From Longimicrobiales bacterium (lineage in GTDB: Bacteria > Gemmatimonadota > Gemmatimonadetes > Longimicrobiales > Gaopeijiaceae), in the NCBI GenBank assembly GCA_965249725.1, contig OZ252251.1, forward strand, positions 416,001 through 480,000: a stretch of 64,000 nt of DNA, given 5' to 3'. The position numbers were made by a program, and so were the translations under genes. The notes under the pieces are model-generated. The model ran no database searches and was not told the origin of the DNA. It worked only from the letters and a program-made list of their open reading frames with translations. Each line of letters opens with the position of its first letter. Position 1 is the first letter of the stretch. Positions 1-9,508 of this stretch are shown in pieces.

Positions 1-337
1 CCAAACCGGCGGCCACGGCGGAGTTGCACATGAGCTCGCCGATGACGGCGCTCGTCGTGTTGCCGTTGGTCGTCACCACGACGACGTCGCCCGGCTCGGC
101 GACCTCCAGGGCTTTGTGCACCATCAGGTTGTCCCCCGGTCGACAGCTCGCGGTCACCGCCACTCCGCACGCGGATACGCCGGACCGGCTGACGATGCCC
201 GGGTCCATGAAGTGGAATCGCCCCATGGCGTCGGCGGCGTTCGAGCTGGGCACCCCTCTGAAGCGATCCACCAGATCCGGGGTCGCTCGGGGGAGGTCCG
301 TAATGATGCGGAAGCCAATACGTCCGGTCTGCTTCAT
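1..337 (-). CDS. RraA family / HMG aldolase-like protein (3' end runs off the window edge)
   Basis: My own translation (absent from the ORF track): MKQTGRIGFRIITDLPRATPDLVDRFRGVPSSNAADAMGR...GVAVTASCRPGDNLMVHKALEVAEPGDVVVV...AVIGELM. The PGDNL and GDVVV...AxxGEL motifs are typical of the family. Confidence 0.85.
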   Translation of the reverse strand, partial: MKQTGRIGFRIITDLPRATPDLVDRFRGVPSSNAADAMGRFHFMDPGIVSRSGVSACGVAVTASCRPGDNLMVHKALEVAEPGDVVVVTTNGNTTSAVIGELMCNSAVAAGL

Positions 338-512
338 CCACTCGCTCGCTTGATCACGGTTCTGGTACCCGTCGGTTATGCCGTGCGTCTGATCCCGGCG
401 GGGTTGGACCAGGAGCCGCGGCGCGGGCCCTGAGGCTACGATGGAGCGGCGTACGAACCGGGGCAACTAAGGGGACGCGAGAAGCCGCCCCATGTGTTTC
501 GCGAACCGCCTG

Positions 513-1838
513 CTAGGTCCGGGCCAAGCTGTAACCCGACGCCCGCAGCACCTCCAGCGAACTCCGCATCAGGTAGACCACGCCGGCCAGGCGACCTCCC
601 AGGAATCCGATGAACGCCGCCGTGACACCTACAAGATCCAGGCCCCATCCAAAGGTCACGAAGAGGATGGCGATAGCCCCGACTTCGAGGGCCGTGGCCA
701 TCGTGATGGGATGGGTTCTTCGTCCCTGCATGAGCACCGCCCGCTGTAGCGACAGCACGACCGACAAGGCCGGAAGCGGCACCAGCCACCGGGCCGGCGT
801 CACTGAGAAGCTGATCAACTCGGGGGTCAGTCCCTGAACCGTCCCGAACCACACTGAGGCCAAGGGCGTGAACGTCACCAGACCGAGCGCGGCCGAGCTC
901 ACGGCTCCGAGCCAGAGCGCGAACTTGGCCAACTCGGGGAAGTGCTCATGCCGTCCTCCCATGAGGGCGAGTGCGGCCTCCTGGAAGCTCAATCCCAATG
1001 ACCTGAACAGGAATGAGAGGGCGTGGACCACCGGAAACACGGCGAGCGACTCGATCGGTGAGAGGGCGCGACCCATGAAGAACGTGAGGAGCGGCTGCAC
1101 GGTGAGGCCGATCAGAGAGGTCAGTGCCAACGGGTAGTAGAACCGAGCGATCCCCCGGTACCCGAGCGGCTCGCCGGAGTCGGGGCTTCGAGTGTGGGTC
1201 GCGAGAAGTTGGCGGATGGTGGTGATGGCCATGATGCGCGAGGCGATGGCCTCCATGCTGACGCCCACCGTCAGCGCGGCGGCCCCGACCCACGCCCCCG
1301 GCAGCGAGAACCCCCAATACAGGATGAGGGCGGTGGCGGCCATCGTCGTGAGCCGCACCACGGTTCCCAGGGCCACCAGGCGGGTGCGGCCTGATCGGAT
1401 GAGGAGGCCGTGCAAGAACCGTCGGTATCCAATGGCTCCGGACCACGGCAAGAAGATCCAGAGGGCTCCGTAGGTCAGGTCTGCCACCTCCGGCGGCAGG
1501 CCGATAACCCCGTCCATCAGCCAGTCGTACACAGGTGGGATCAGCACGAACAGCAGCAGGCCCGTCGACAGGGCGCACAACGCGTATGTGAAGTGCCTGA
1601 GCTTGCGGTACGTCGCCGAGTCCTCTGCCAAGGCCGTCGACGCGCTCATGAGCATGATGACCGGCGACTCGACGAGGATCGCGAAGGCGAAGGCCACACC
1701 GTAGGCAGCCAAGTTGAACTTCGGGTCGGCCAAGCGTGCGATGACCGCGGCGACGAACGGACCCTCCGACGCCATCATCACCCACGTGGCAGCGAGTGGT
1801 GTCCAGAAGAGGAGGATGGAGGAGGCGGAACGTCTCAA
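513..1838 (-). CDS. MATE/MOP-fold multi-TM transporter, ANKH-like
   Basis: About 12 hydrophobic segments with an internal two-fold repeat (FWTPLAATW / FYYPLALTS) and LAAYGVA...ESP. Overlaps the dipeptidase stop by 4 nt. Confidence 0.7.
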   Translation of the reverse strand: MRRSASSILLFWTPLAATWVMMASEGPFVAAVIARLADPKFNLAAYGVAFAFAILVESPVIMLMSASTALAEDSATYRKLRHFTYALCALSTGLLLFVLIPPVYDWLMDGVIGLPPEVADLTYGALWIFLPWSGAIGYRRFLHGLLIRSGRTRLVALGTVVRLTTMAATALILYWGFSLPGAWVGAAALTVGVSMEAIASRIMAITTIRQLLATHTRSPDSGEPLGYRGIARFYYPLALTSLIGLTVQPLLTFFMGRALSPIESLAVFPVVHALSFLFRSLGLSFQEAALALMGGRHEHFPELAKFALWLGAVSSAALGLVTFTPLASVWFGTVQGLTPELISFSVTPARWLVPLPALSVVLSLQRAVLMQGRRTHPITMATALEVGAIAILFVTFGWGLDLVGVTAAFIGFLGGRLAGVVYLMRSSLEVLRASGYSLART

Positions 1839-3019
1839 GAATCGGCCGTCACAGTGCCTTCAGCGACTTCGTCGAGCACCCGGAGGAAGTTCGTACCGAG
1901 GATCTTCTCGATGTCCGCTGCCGCGTGACCTCGGTCCAGCAGCCCTCGGGTGATCCTAGGAAAGTGGGTTACGTCGTCGAAGCCTTCCGGAGTGGACAAG
2001 TATGGCACGTCCAGGTCTGAGCCCAGCCCGACGTGGTCGATCCCCGCCACGTCGACCATCCGGTCGATCTGGTCCAACAGACTCTCGAAGGGAGGACGCG
2101 GCACGTCGCGTACGGCGTGGCCGTAGAGACGCTCGCGTGCCATACGATCCAGGTCTTCGGCCGGCACCTCGACGGGCTTGTTCATGGCAGCCAGCCCGTC
2201 CTCGTGTGTGTCTCGATACGCGTCGAGGTAGGTCTGGTCCACGAAGGCGGAATAGAAGTTGATGCCGATGACGCCACCCCGCTCCGCGATGCTCTTGATG
2301 AGATCGTCGGAGAGATTGCGGGCGTGGTCGCACAGCTCACGGCAGTTCGAATGGCTGGCGATCACGGGTCGTTCCGACGCGTCGAGCACGTCTCGCACCG
2401 CTTGATCGGACGTGTGGGACACGTCAACGGCCATGCCCAGACGATTCATCTCCGCGATCACGTCTCGGCCGAAGTCGTTCAGCCCGTTCCAGCGAGGCTC
2501 GTCGGTCGAGGAGTCGACCCAGTCGGTCGTCCGAGAATGGCAGAGAGTCATGGAGCAGGCCCCGAGCCGGTGATAGGCCCGAAGAATGCCTGTATCGTTC
2601 TGAATGGCGTCGCCCCCCTCGATGGAGAGGAGCATGGCGAACCGCCCTGCCGCCGCGAGTTCTCGGACGTCCTGGCCGGTGCGGGCCAACCCGACCCGGT
2701 CAGGATGCTTCTCGAGCACACGGTGGAAGGCGTCGATCTGCTGGAGCGCGCGCCGCGCCGCGTGGTGCGGCAAGTAGATCGTGTCCACCCAGACGGCGAA
2801 GATCTGGGCGTCGACCCCCCCCTCGGCGTAACGGGGCAGATCGGCCCGCTCCGCCATGGTCTCGTCAGAGGAGCGGACGGAGAGATCGACGCCGTCCATC
2901 ACGGGACGCTGTAGCGTGTCCGTGTGGGCGTCCAAGACCAGTGCGCTGGCGTGCAGTTCGTCGCCGACGCTCAACCGCTGGGGATTCAACCGCTGGGGCT
3001 TCAACCGCTGGGGATTCAA
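1835..3019 (-). CDS. Membrane dipeptidase (peptidase M19)
   Basis: Motifs DAHTD, SIEGG, DVSH, ASHSN, RNLSD, GLGSD. TTG start with an AGGAG RBS. Confidence 0.92.
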   Translation of the reverse strand: MNPQRLKPQRLNPQRLSVGDELHASALVLDAHTDTLQRPVMDGVDLSVRSSDETMAERADLPRYAEGGVDAQIFAVWVDTIYLPHHAARRALQQIDAFHRVLEKHPDRVGLARTGQDVRELAAAGRFAMLLSIEGGDAIQNDTGILRAYHRLGACSMTLCHSRTTDWVDSSTDEPRWNGLNDFGRDVIAEMNRLGMAVDVSHTSDQAVRDVLDASERPVIASHSNCRELCDHARNLSDDLIKSIAERGGVIGINFYSAFVDQTYLDAYRDTHEDGLAAMNKPVEVPAEDLDRMARERLYGHAVRDVPRPPFESLLDQIDRMVDVAGIDHVGLGSDLDVPYLSTPEGFDDVTHFPRITRGLLDRGHAAADIEKILGTNFLRVLDEVAEGTVTADS

Positions 3020-3020
3020 C
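2971..3020. repeat. 15-bp tandem repeat x3.3 (tcaaccgctgggga/ct)
   Basis: Directly visible. Encodes NPQRL-KPQRL-NPQRL at the dipeptidase N-terminus. Confidence 0.9.
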
Positions 3021-3179
3021 GAGTCTCCTGCTAGCTGGTGTGAAATCCGTCAGAGACCCGCATCTTCCTGAAGGATGGCTGGTCCGGCAAGGTGCGAGAT
3101 GTGCGACGATTCGCGATCGTACCGAAGGTAGCCTGATGTGCACGACCCGAGGGGGTCATGAACGGGGGAGCGAAGAGCA

Positions 3180-4697
3180 GTGCCACGATTTTTCGGCCGC
3201 AGAGCTGCGGTATTCGGCAGCAGAGCTGCCGTGGCCGCGCCTCTTTTGGTGTTCGGGTGCTTGGGTTCGAACGACGGGACGGGACCCGCCCCCGATCCGG
3301 GACCCGGGCCGGACGTGCCTCTCCAGATCCAGTCGCTCATCCCCGCCGCCAACGCGATCTCGGCCGGCGCCTCCGATGCTCTGATGGTGGGGTTCGACCG
3401 ACCCATCGACGTGGGGACCGTATCGGCGGCAGACATCAGGGTGTTCGGTAGGTGGTCCGGAGTCCTGACGGGGTCTGTGACGCTGGTCGACGGAGGCCGG
3501 ACGCTTCGTTTCGCTCCCGATCGATCTCTGTCTGCGGGGGAGTGGGTGACGGCGACGATTCCCTCGGGGGCCGTTAGAGGTACCGACGGCGGCGAAATGA
3601 ATGACGGCTTCACCTGGACGTTCTGGGTCGCCGTCACCCCCTCGTCCATGTCCTTCGAGGAAGAGATGGCCGTCGACGTGCGAAACCCCGGAGAAGGCCG
3701 CATCGAGACGTACGGTGCCTATGCGGGGGATCTCGACGGGGACGGATGGTCCGACATGATCGTGCCCAACGAGGGATCCGACGATCTGCGGGTCTTCATG
3801 AACGACGGAGCCGGCGGGTACGGCCCCTTTACCGTGATCCCGATTCCTGAGGGAGACGGGCCGAGCCCGAACGAAGGTGCCGATTTCGACGGCGACGGAG
3901 ACATCGACTTTACCGTGGGAAGTGCCGACGGCAACTACGTGGCGGTCTTCCACGGAGATGGAGCCGGCGGTCTCACGCACAGACAGAACCTGGAGGCCGG
4001 CGCACAGGTCCGAGGGCTCTGCCTGCTCGACTTCGAGAACGACGGCGATCCCGACATTGTCGCCGCTACGCGAGAGGGGAACCATGTGGCTCTCTTCCAG
4101 AACGACAGCGGAGTCTTCAGTCCGGCGGGCACCCTCGAAGCGGGAGACGGAGAGTGGGCCTGCGCCGTGGGAGATCTGGACGAGGACGGCTTCGTGGACC
4201 TCGTCATCGGCGCCCGGCTCGGTGGCGAGCTGAGCACCCTGCTGTCGAACGGTGACGGGACGTTCACCCTGACCGCCGAGGTATCGGCGGGAGGCGATCC
4301 CTGGATGCTCGCGAGTGGCGACCTCAACGGAGACGGCCATGTGGACTTCGCCGGAGTGAACGCCGTTGAGGGTACTCTGGCGGTGTACCTCGGGGACGGG
4401 CAGGGTGGCCTGCACCTGGACCAGAACCACGTGTTGGGCGACTTCCCATTGGCCATCGACCTTGGGGACCTGGACGGAGACGGAGACCTGGATGCCGTTT
4501 CGTCGCATTTCCAGTCGGGGACCTACGAGGTCCTCGAAAACATCGGCGACGGCACGTTGGTGCGGTTCCCGGTCTCCCTCACGGCGCCCGGCGCGGCGTC
4601 GTGCACCATTCTCCATGATCGCGACAACGATGGAGACCTGGACATCAGCGGGATCGACGAACTGGACGATCTCCTGATCCTCTTCGAGAACCGGTGA
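3180..4697 (+). CDS. Exported Ig-like (Big_5) plus FG-GAP repeat protein, probable lipoprotein
   Basis: Hydrophobic leader ending LVFGC, then an Ig-like segment (FDRPID...LRFAP) and about 7 DxDGDGxxD repeats. Confidence 0.85.
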   Translation: MPRFFGRRAAVFGSRAAVAAPLLVFGCLGSNDGTGPAPDPGPGPDVPLQIQSLIPAANAISAGASDALMVGFDRPIDVGTVSAADIRVFGRWSGVLTGSVTLVDGGRTLRFAPDRSLSAGEWVTATIPSGAVRGTDGGEMNDGFTWTFWVAVTPSSMSFEEEMAVDVRNPGEGRIETYGAYAGDLDGDGWSDMIVPNEGSDDLRVFMNDGAGGYGPFTVIPIPEGDGPSPNEGADFDGDGDIDFTVGSADGNYVAVFHGDGAGGLTHRQNLEAGAQVRGLCLLDFENDGDPDIVAATREGNHVALFQNDSGVFSPAGTLEAGDGEWACAVGDLDEDGFVDLVIGARLGGELSTLLSNGDGTFTLTAEVSAGGDPWMLASGDLNGDGHVDFAGVNAVEGTLAVYLGDGQGGLHLDQNHVLGDFPLAIDLGDLDGDGDLDAVSSHFQSGTYEVLENIGDGTLVRFPVSLTAPGAASCTILHDRDNDGDLDISGIDELDDLLILFENR

Positions 4698-4814
4698 GGG
4701 GCGGCTGAAACCGCCGTGTCCGTGGGGCTCAACCCGTGTATGTTGTCGCAGACGCCCGGACACCATGTGTCCCGGCACACTTCGGACCCCCGGTCACGAG
4801 GAGGATAGCTCGCC

Positions 4815-6296
4815 GTGTCCAAGAACCCACTGACCCGGCGCGACTTCGTCGGGGGCGCCTCGAAGCTCGCATTGGGCGGCATGATCGTGCCGCGACACGT
4901 CCTGGGAGGAGTCGGCTATCAGGCTCCCAGCGACACTCTGAATATCGCGATCGTCGGTGCCGGTGGCATGGGCGGTGAAAACGCCCAGGAGCTCGGCAGC
5001 GAGAACATTGTCGCGGTTTGTGATGTCGACTTCGATTACGTGACCAGGAAGGTCGCCGAGCGGACCGTGGACAGTGACGGGAAGGCCCGGCCGAAGGGAC
5101 TCCGTTGGCAGGAGCAGTACCAGACGGCGACCCGGTACAGTGATTTCCGCGAGATGCTGGACAAGCAGCGCGATATCGATGCGGTGCTCATCGCTACCCC
5201 GGATCACGCGCATGCCGCCATCGCCAAAGCGGCCATGGAGCTCGGCAAGCACGTCTACGTGCAGAAGCCCCTGACGTCGACCGTGGCCGAGGCCCGCCTG
5301 CTGGCGAGGATGGCGGAGGAGTCGGGCGTCGTCACCCAGATGGGCAACCAGGGGCATTCCGGCGATGACGGACGGCTGGTCAACGAGTGGATCGAATCAG
5401 GCGTGATCGGGCCCGTGCGGGAGGTGCACATCTGGACCAACCGCCCCATCTGGCCCCAGGGGCTGCCTGTGCCCGTCACGCCCGAGGAGATGCCGGACGA
5501 ATCGAATTGGTGGCCCGGCTCCATGGACAGTCGTGTCGCCGCAGCGATGGACGGCGGCTACGCTCAGCCGCTCACGCTGGATTGGAACAACTTCGTCGGG
5601 CCGATCGCCGAGGAGGTGGCGTACCACCCCATCTACCACCCCTTCCATTGGCGTGGTTGGACGGCGTTCGGCGTCGGGGCCCTGGGTGACATGGGGGCAC
5701 ACCTCGTGGACCACCCGTTCTGGGCGCTCGACCTCGGGTATCCTACTACCGTCGAGGCCACGTCCACGCCGTGGGGCGGCCCCCGCGAGGCCCCTGTCAG
5801 CTACCCGGTGGCCATGACGGCCCACTACGAGTTCCCGAGCCGTGGCGACCGTCCCCCGGTCGACCTGCATTGGTACGACGGAGGGCTCATGCCGCCCCGC
5901 CCGGAGCAGCTTCCACCCGACGTCGTTCTGGAGAGAGAAGGTGGCGTGATCTTCGTCGGAGATCGCGGGATACTCATGCACGAGACCTACGGCGGGAATC
6001 CGGTCCTCTTCCCGGAGGCCCTCCAGGAAGAGGCGGCCGGGGTAGCTCAGACCTATCCCCGCATCGAGGAGAGCCACGAGATGAACTGGGCTCTCGCCTG
6101 TAAGGGAGAAGCGACGGCCACGTCGCCGTTCGACTACGCGGCCCGACTCACGGAAGTGATGCTCCTCGGCATCGTGGCGCTGCGAACCGGGCAGGGTCGG
6201 AAGATCGAGTACGACGGGGCGAACATGAGGGTGACCAACGTGGACGAGGCGAATCAGTACCTGACTCGCGAGTATCGGCCCGGGTGGTCGATGTGA
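4815..6296 (+). CDS. Tat-exported Gfo/Idh/MocA oxidoreductase
   Basis: TRRDFV Tat motif, [38 protein letters not shown]. Confidence 0.92.
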   Translation: MSKNPLTRRDFVGGASKLALGGMIVPRHVLGGVGYQAPSDTLNIAIVGAGGMGGENAQELGSENIVAVCDVDFDYVTRKVAERTVDSDGKARPKGLRWQEQYQTATRYSDFREMLDKQRDIDAVLIATPDHAHAAIAKAAMELGKHVYVQKPLTSTVAEARLLARMAEESGVVTQMGNQGHSGDDGRLVNEWIESGVIGPVREVHIWTNRPIWPQGLPVPVTPEEMPDESNWWPGSMDSRVAAAMDGGYAQPLTLDWNNFVGPIAEEVAYHPIYHPFHWRGWTAFGVGALGDMGAHLVDHPFWALDLGYPTTVEATSTPWGGPREAPVSYPVAMTAHYEFPSRGDRPPVDLHWYDGGLMPPRPEQLPPDVVLEREGGVIFVGDRGILMHETYGGNPVLFPEALQEEAAGVAQTYPRIEESHEMNWALACKGEATATSPFDYAARLTEVMLLGIVALRTGQGRKIEYDGANMRVTNVDEANQYLTREYRPGWSM

Positions 6297-7072
6297 GCGG
6301 CGTGATGACGAGTCGACCGTCCGTGGCCGGGAGCCTGTCCGTAACGCTGATGGTCGCTGTGTTCGCTGTCGGCCCACTGATGCCAACCGGAGAGGTGGGG
6401 GCCCAGGAGATGCCGCCCCAGGCGCCGCTGCCCCAGGCACCGCCGATCAACTCGCTCACAGAAGCGGAGCGAGAGGCGGGGTGGGAGCTCCTCTTCGACG
6501 GCCAGACAACGGCGGGCTGGCGAGGCTACATGATGGACGACATGCCCGACGGATGGCGGGTTATCGACGGCGAGCTCACTCGCACGGGGCCGGGCACGGA
6601 CATCATCACGACGGAGCAGTACCGGAACTTCGACCTGACTCTCGAATGGAAGGTGGAGCTAGGGGGAAACAGCGGCGTCTTCTACCGGGCGGCAGAGGGT
6701 TCCGAGAAGATCTACATGGGCGCGCCCGAGTTTCAGGCCCTCGACGACGAGAATCATCCGGACGGTGAACTGGCCATCACCTCGGCCGGATCCAACTATG
6801 CCATGCATCCCGCACCCCGGGGCCTGGTGCGGTTTGCAGGGGAATGGAACTTCGTCCGGATTCTGGTCGTCGGCGACCGCGTCGAACACTGGATGAACGG
6901 CGTCCGTATCGTGTCCTATGAGTTCGGGAGCCCCGACTGGGTGGAGCGCGTGGCCGCCAGCAAGTTCAACGAGTGGCCGGAGTACGGGCAGGCATCAGAA
7001 GGCCACATCGGCCTGCAGGATCACGGTGATCGAGCGGCGTTCCGCAACATCAAGCTTCGGCGGCTGCCGTGA
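6284..7072 (+). CDS. DUF1080 / 3-keto-disaccharide hydrolase family, exported (exact start uncertain)
   Basis: [28 protein letters not shown]...FRNIKLR, with a signal peptide. Confidence 0.9.
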   Translation: MVDVSGVMTSRPSVAGSLSVTLMVAVFAVGPLMPTGEVGAQEMPPQAPLPQAPPINSLTEAEREAGWELLFDGQTTAGWRGYMMDDMPDGWRVIDGELTRTGPGTDIITTEQYRNFDLTLEWKVELGGNSGVFYRAAEGSEKIYMGAPEFQALDDENHPDGELAITSAGSNYAMHPAPRGLVRFAGEWNFVRILVVGDRVEHWMNGVRIVSYEFGSPDWVERVAASKFNEWPEYGQASEGHIGLQDHGDRAAFRNIKLRRLP

Positions 7073-8850
7073 CCCAAGCGCGGCAGGAGTACGACGTCAT
7101 CATCGTCGGGTCCGGCGCTGCCGGCGGCATGTGCGCGTACCTGTTGGCCGTGGCCGGCGTGAAGGTCCTCCTCCTCGAGGCCGGGCGCGACTACGACCCG
7201 GTCACCGAGACCCCGATGTTCAACCTTCCCAAGGACGCGCCGCTCCGGGCCGGTGGCACACCGGAGAAGCCGTTCGGTTTCTACGACGCCACCGTGGACG
7301 GTGGTTGGGAGGTCCCGGGCGAGCCCTACACGAGCGCCGAGGGCACCGACTTCAGGTGGTGGAGGGCCCGCATGCTGGGGGGCCGTACGAACCACTGGGG
7401 CCGGATCTCCCTTCGTATGGGCCCGTACGACTACAAGCCCCGTACGCGCGACGGGCTGGGCTTCGATTGGCCCATGACGTACGAGGACGTGGAGCCCTAC
7501 TACGAAAAGACCGAGAGGCTGATCGGAGTCTACGGGTCCAACGAGGGGATGGAGAACACACCCGATTCGTCTCCCGGAGTCCTTCAGCCGGCGCCCGCGC
7601 CCCGTGCCCATGAGCTCTTCACGCAGCGGGCGTGCGCCGACCTCGACATTCCAGTGATTCCCGCCCATCTGGCGATCCTCTCGGAGGTCCAGGACCACGA
7701 GGCCCTTCCGGGGCTCATCCACCCGAACAACCCACTGGCTCAGCGGGTGCTCGCCGAGTCGATGCGCTCGCGGGCGGCGTGCTTCTGGGCCACGCCGTGC
7801 GGTCGGGGCTGTTCGATCAAGGCCAACTTCCAGTCCACCACGGTCGTGATTCCTCCGGCCGTGGCCACGGGAAACGTGGATGTCATCACCGGAGCCATGG
7901 TCCGCGAGGTGACGGTCGATGCCCGGGGCAGGGCCACGGGCGTCCACTACATCGACAAGACGACGCGCCTCGACGAGCACGTCAGCGCCCGGGTCGTGAT
8001 CCTGGCGGCGAGCGCCTGCTCGTCGGCCCGGATTCTGCTGAACTCCAAGAGCGGGCTCTTTCCCGACGGTCTGGCGAACGGGAGCGGATTGGTAGGGAAG
8101 TACCTGATGGACACGGTGGGTGCGGGCGTTTCGGGACAGATCCCCGCGCTGGAGAACGTGCCGCCCCACAACACGGACGGCGCCTCGGCCATGCACCTGT
8201 ACATGCCGTGGTGGCTGTACGGGGAACAGGCACGCGGGCAGTTGGACTTCGCCCGGGGCTACCACATCGAGTTCGGCGGGGGCCGTCGAATGCCGAGCGG
8301 TGGTTCGTTCAGCCGGTTGGAACGCTTCACTGAGGGGTCGTACGGCGAATCGTTCAAGGAAGATTGCCGCCGCTACTACGGCTCGTTCATGGGATTCGAC
8401 GGGCGGGGAGAGATGGTCCCCAACGAGGACTGCTACTGCGAGATCGACTCGGAGACGGTCGATCAGTGGGGCATTCCGGTTCTCCGCTTCAACTGGAAGT
8501 GGTCGGATCACGAGCTGAACCAGGCCCGGCATATGCAGCACACGTTCGCGGAGATCATCGAGAGCATGGGGGGACGGGTCCTGAGCACTATCCACGAAGA
8601 CGGGGCCGATGCCATCCAGAATCCGGGCCAGATCATCCACGAGGTGGGGGGCGTGATGATGGGGGACGATCCGTCCCGGTCCGTGCTCAACTCGTTCTGT
8701 CAGTCCTGGGAGGTGGACAACCTCTTCGTGACTGACGGTGGCTGCTTCGTGTCGAACGCGGACAAGAACCCCACCCTGAGCATCATGGCCATCGCTTGGC
8801 GCGCGGTGGACTACCTGGTGGACGAGCTCCAACGTGGGAGCATCGGATGA
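7069..8850 (+). CDS. GMC family FAD oxidoreductase (glycoside 3-dehydrogenase-like catalytic subunit)
   Basis: GSGAAGG, LGGRTNHW, a C-x5-C-x3-C cluster motif (CFWATPCGRGC), HEVGG, NPTLSIMA. Confidence 0.9.
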   Translation: MTQARQEYDVIIVGSGAAGGMCAYLLAVAGVKVLLLEAGRDYDPVTETPMFNLPKDAPLRAGGTPEKPFGFYDATVDGGWEVPGEPYTSAEGTDFRWWRARMLGGRTNHWGRISLRMGPYDYKPRTRDGLGFDWPMTYEDVEPYYEKTERLIGVYGSNEGMENTPDSSPGVLQPAPAPRAHELFTQRACADLDIPVIPAHLAILSEVQDHEALPGLIHPNNPLAQRVLAESMRSRAACFWATPCGRGCSIKANFQSTTVVIPPAVATGNVDVITGAMVREVTVDARGRATGVHYIDKTTRLDEHVSARVVILAASACSSARILLNSKSGLFPDGLANGSGLVGKYLMDTVGAGVSGQIPALENVPPHNTDGASAMHLYMPWWLYGEQARGQLDFARGYHIEFGGGRRMPSGGSFSRLERFTEGSYGESFKEDCRRYYGSFMGFDGRGEMVPNEDCYCEIDSETVDQWGIPVLRFNWKWSDHELNQARHMQHTFAEIIESMGGRVLSTIHEDGADAIQNPGQIIHEVGGVMMGDDPSRSVLNSFCQSWEVDNLFVTDGGCFVSNADKNPTLSIMAIAWRAVDYLVDELQRGSIG

Positions 8851-9506
8851 CCGAGAAGAACCTCCCCGTACTCGGGCGCATGGACCGACGCATGGCCCTG
8901 AAGGTCATGGCGGTGGCGGCAGCCACTCCCGGTCTGGCATCCTGCTCCTCGGGGGCCGAGCAGGGACAGCCCGCCCGCAACGTCTTGGCCGCCGGAACGG
9001 CCGCAGACCCCGATCTGCTGGCTCCGGTGATCCCCTGGGAGCGCGTCCTGACCCAGGACGAACTGGATACGTTGGCCGTGCTCTGTGACGTGATCATCCC
9101 GGCCGACAACCGCTCTCCTTCGGCGAGTTCGGTGGGCGCTCATCACTACATCGACGAGTGGGTGAGCGCCCCCTACGACGGGATGCGCCGGGACCAGGTG
9201 CTGATCCGGGGAGGGCTGGTGTGGTTGGATGCCGAGGCGGGGCGCCGGTTCGGGCAAGGCACACGCTTCCGTGACCTGGACTCGGCTCGTAGGGACCAGA
9301 TCTGTGCGGACATCGCCCATGTGCCCGATGCGCGGCCCGGATTCGAGGCCGGTGCGCGCTTCTTCGCGAGGGTGCGTGATCTCACGGCCGGGGCCTTCTG
9401 GACCACCCAAGAGGGAATGCAGGACCTGCAGTACATCGGCAACGTTCCGCTGGCGCGATGGGATCCCCCGCCTCGCGAAGTGCTCGAACACCTAGGACTG
9501 GCTTGA
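8847..9506 (+). CDS. Gluconate 2-dehydrogenase subunit 3 family (Tat carrier subunit)
   Basis: ATGA overlap with the GMC gene. DRRMALK Tat motif, CDVIIPAD..SPSA, FWTTQEG..LQYIGN. Confidence 0.88.
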   Translation: MTEKNLPVLGRMDRRMALKVMAVAAATPGLASCSSGAEQGQPARNVLAAGTAADPDLLAPVIPWERVLTQDELDTLAVLCDVIIPADNRSPSASSVGAHHYIDEWVSAPYDGMRRDQVLIRGGLVWLDAEAGRRFGQGTRFRDLDSARRDQICADIAHVPDARPGFEAGARFFARVRDLTAGAFWTTQEGMQDLQYIGNVPLARWDPPPREVLEHLGLA

Positions 9507-9508
9507 CC

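Noticed and set aside
3156..8832. Long antisense ORFs (540, 347 and 603 aa, and similar ones elsewhere such as 19564-21072 and 22255-23826)
   Set aside because: These are shadow frames of high-GC genes, with no motifs and lying opposite well-supported CDSs.
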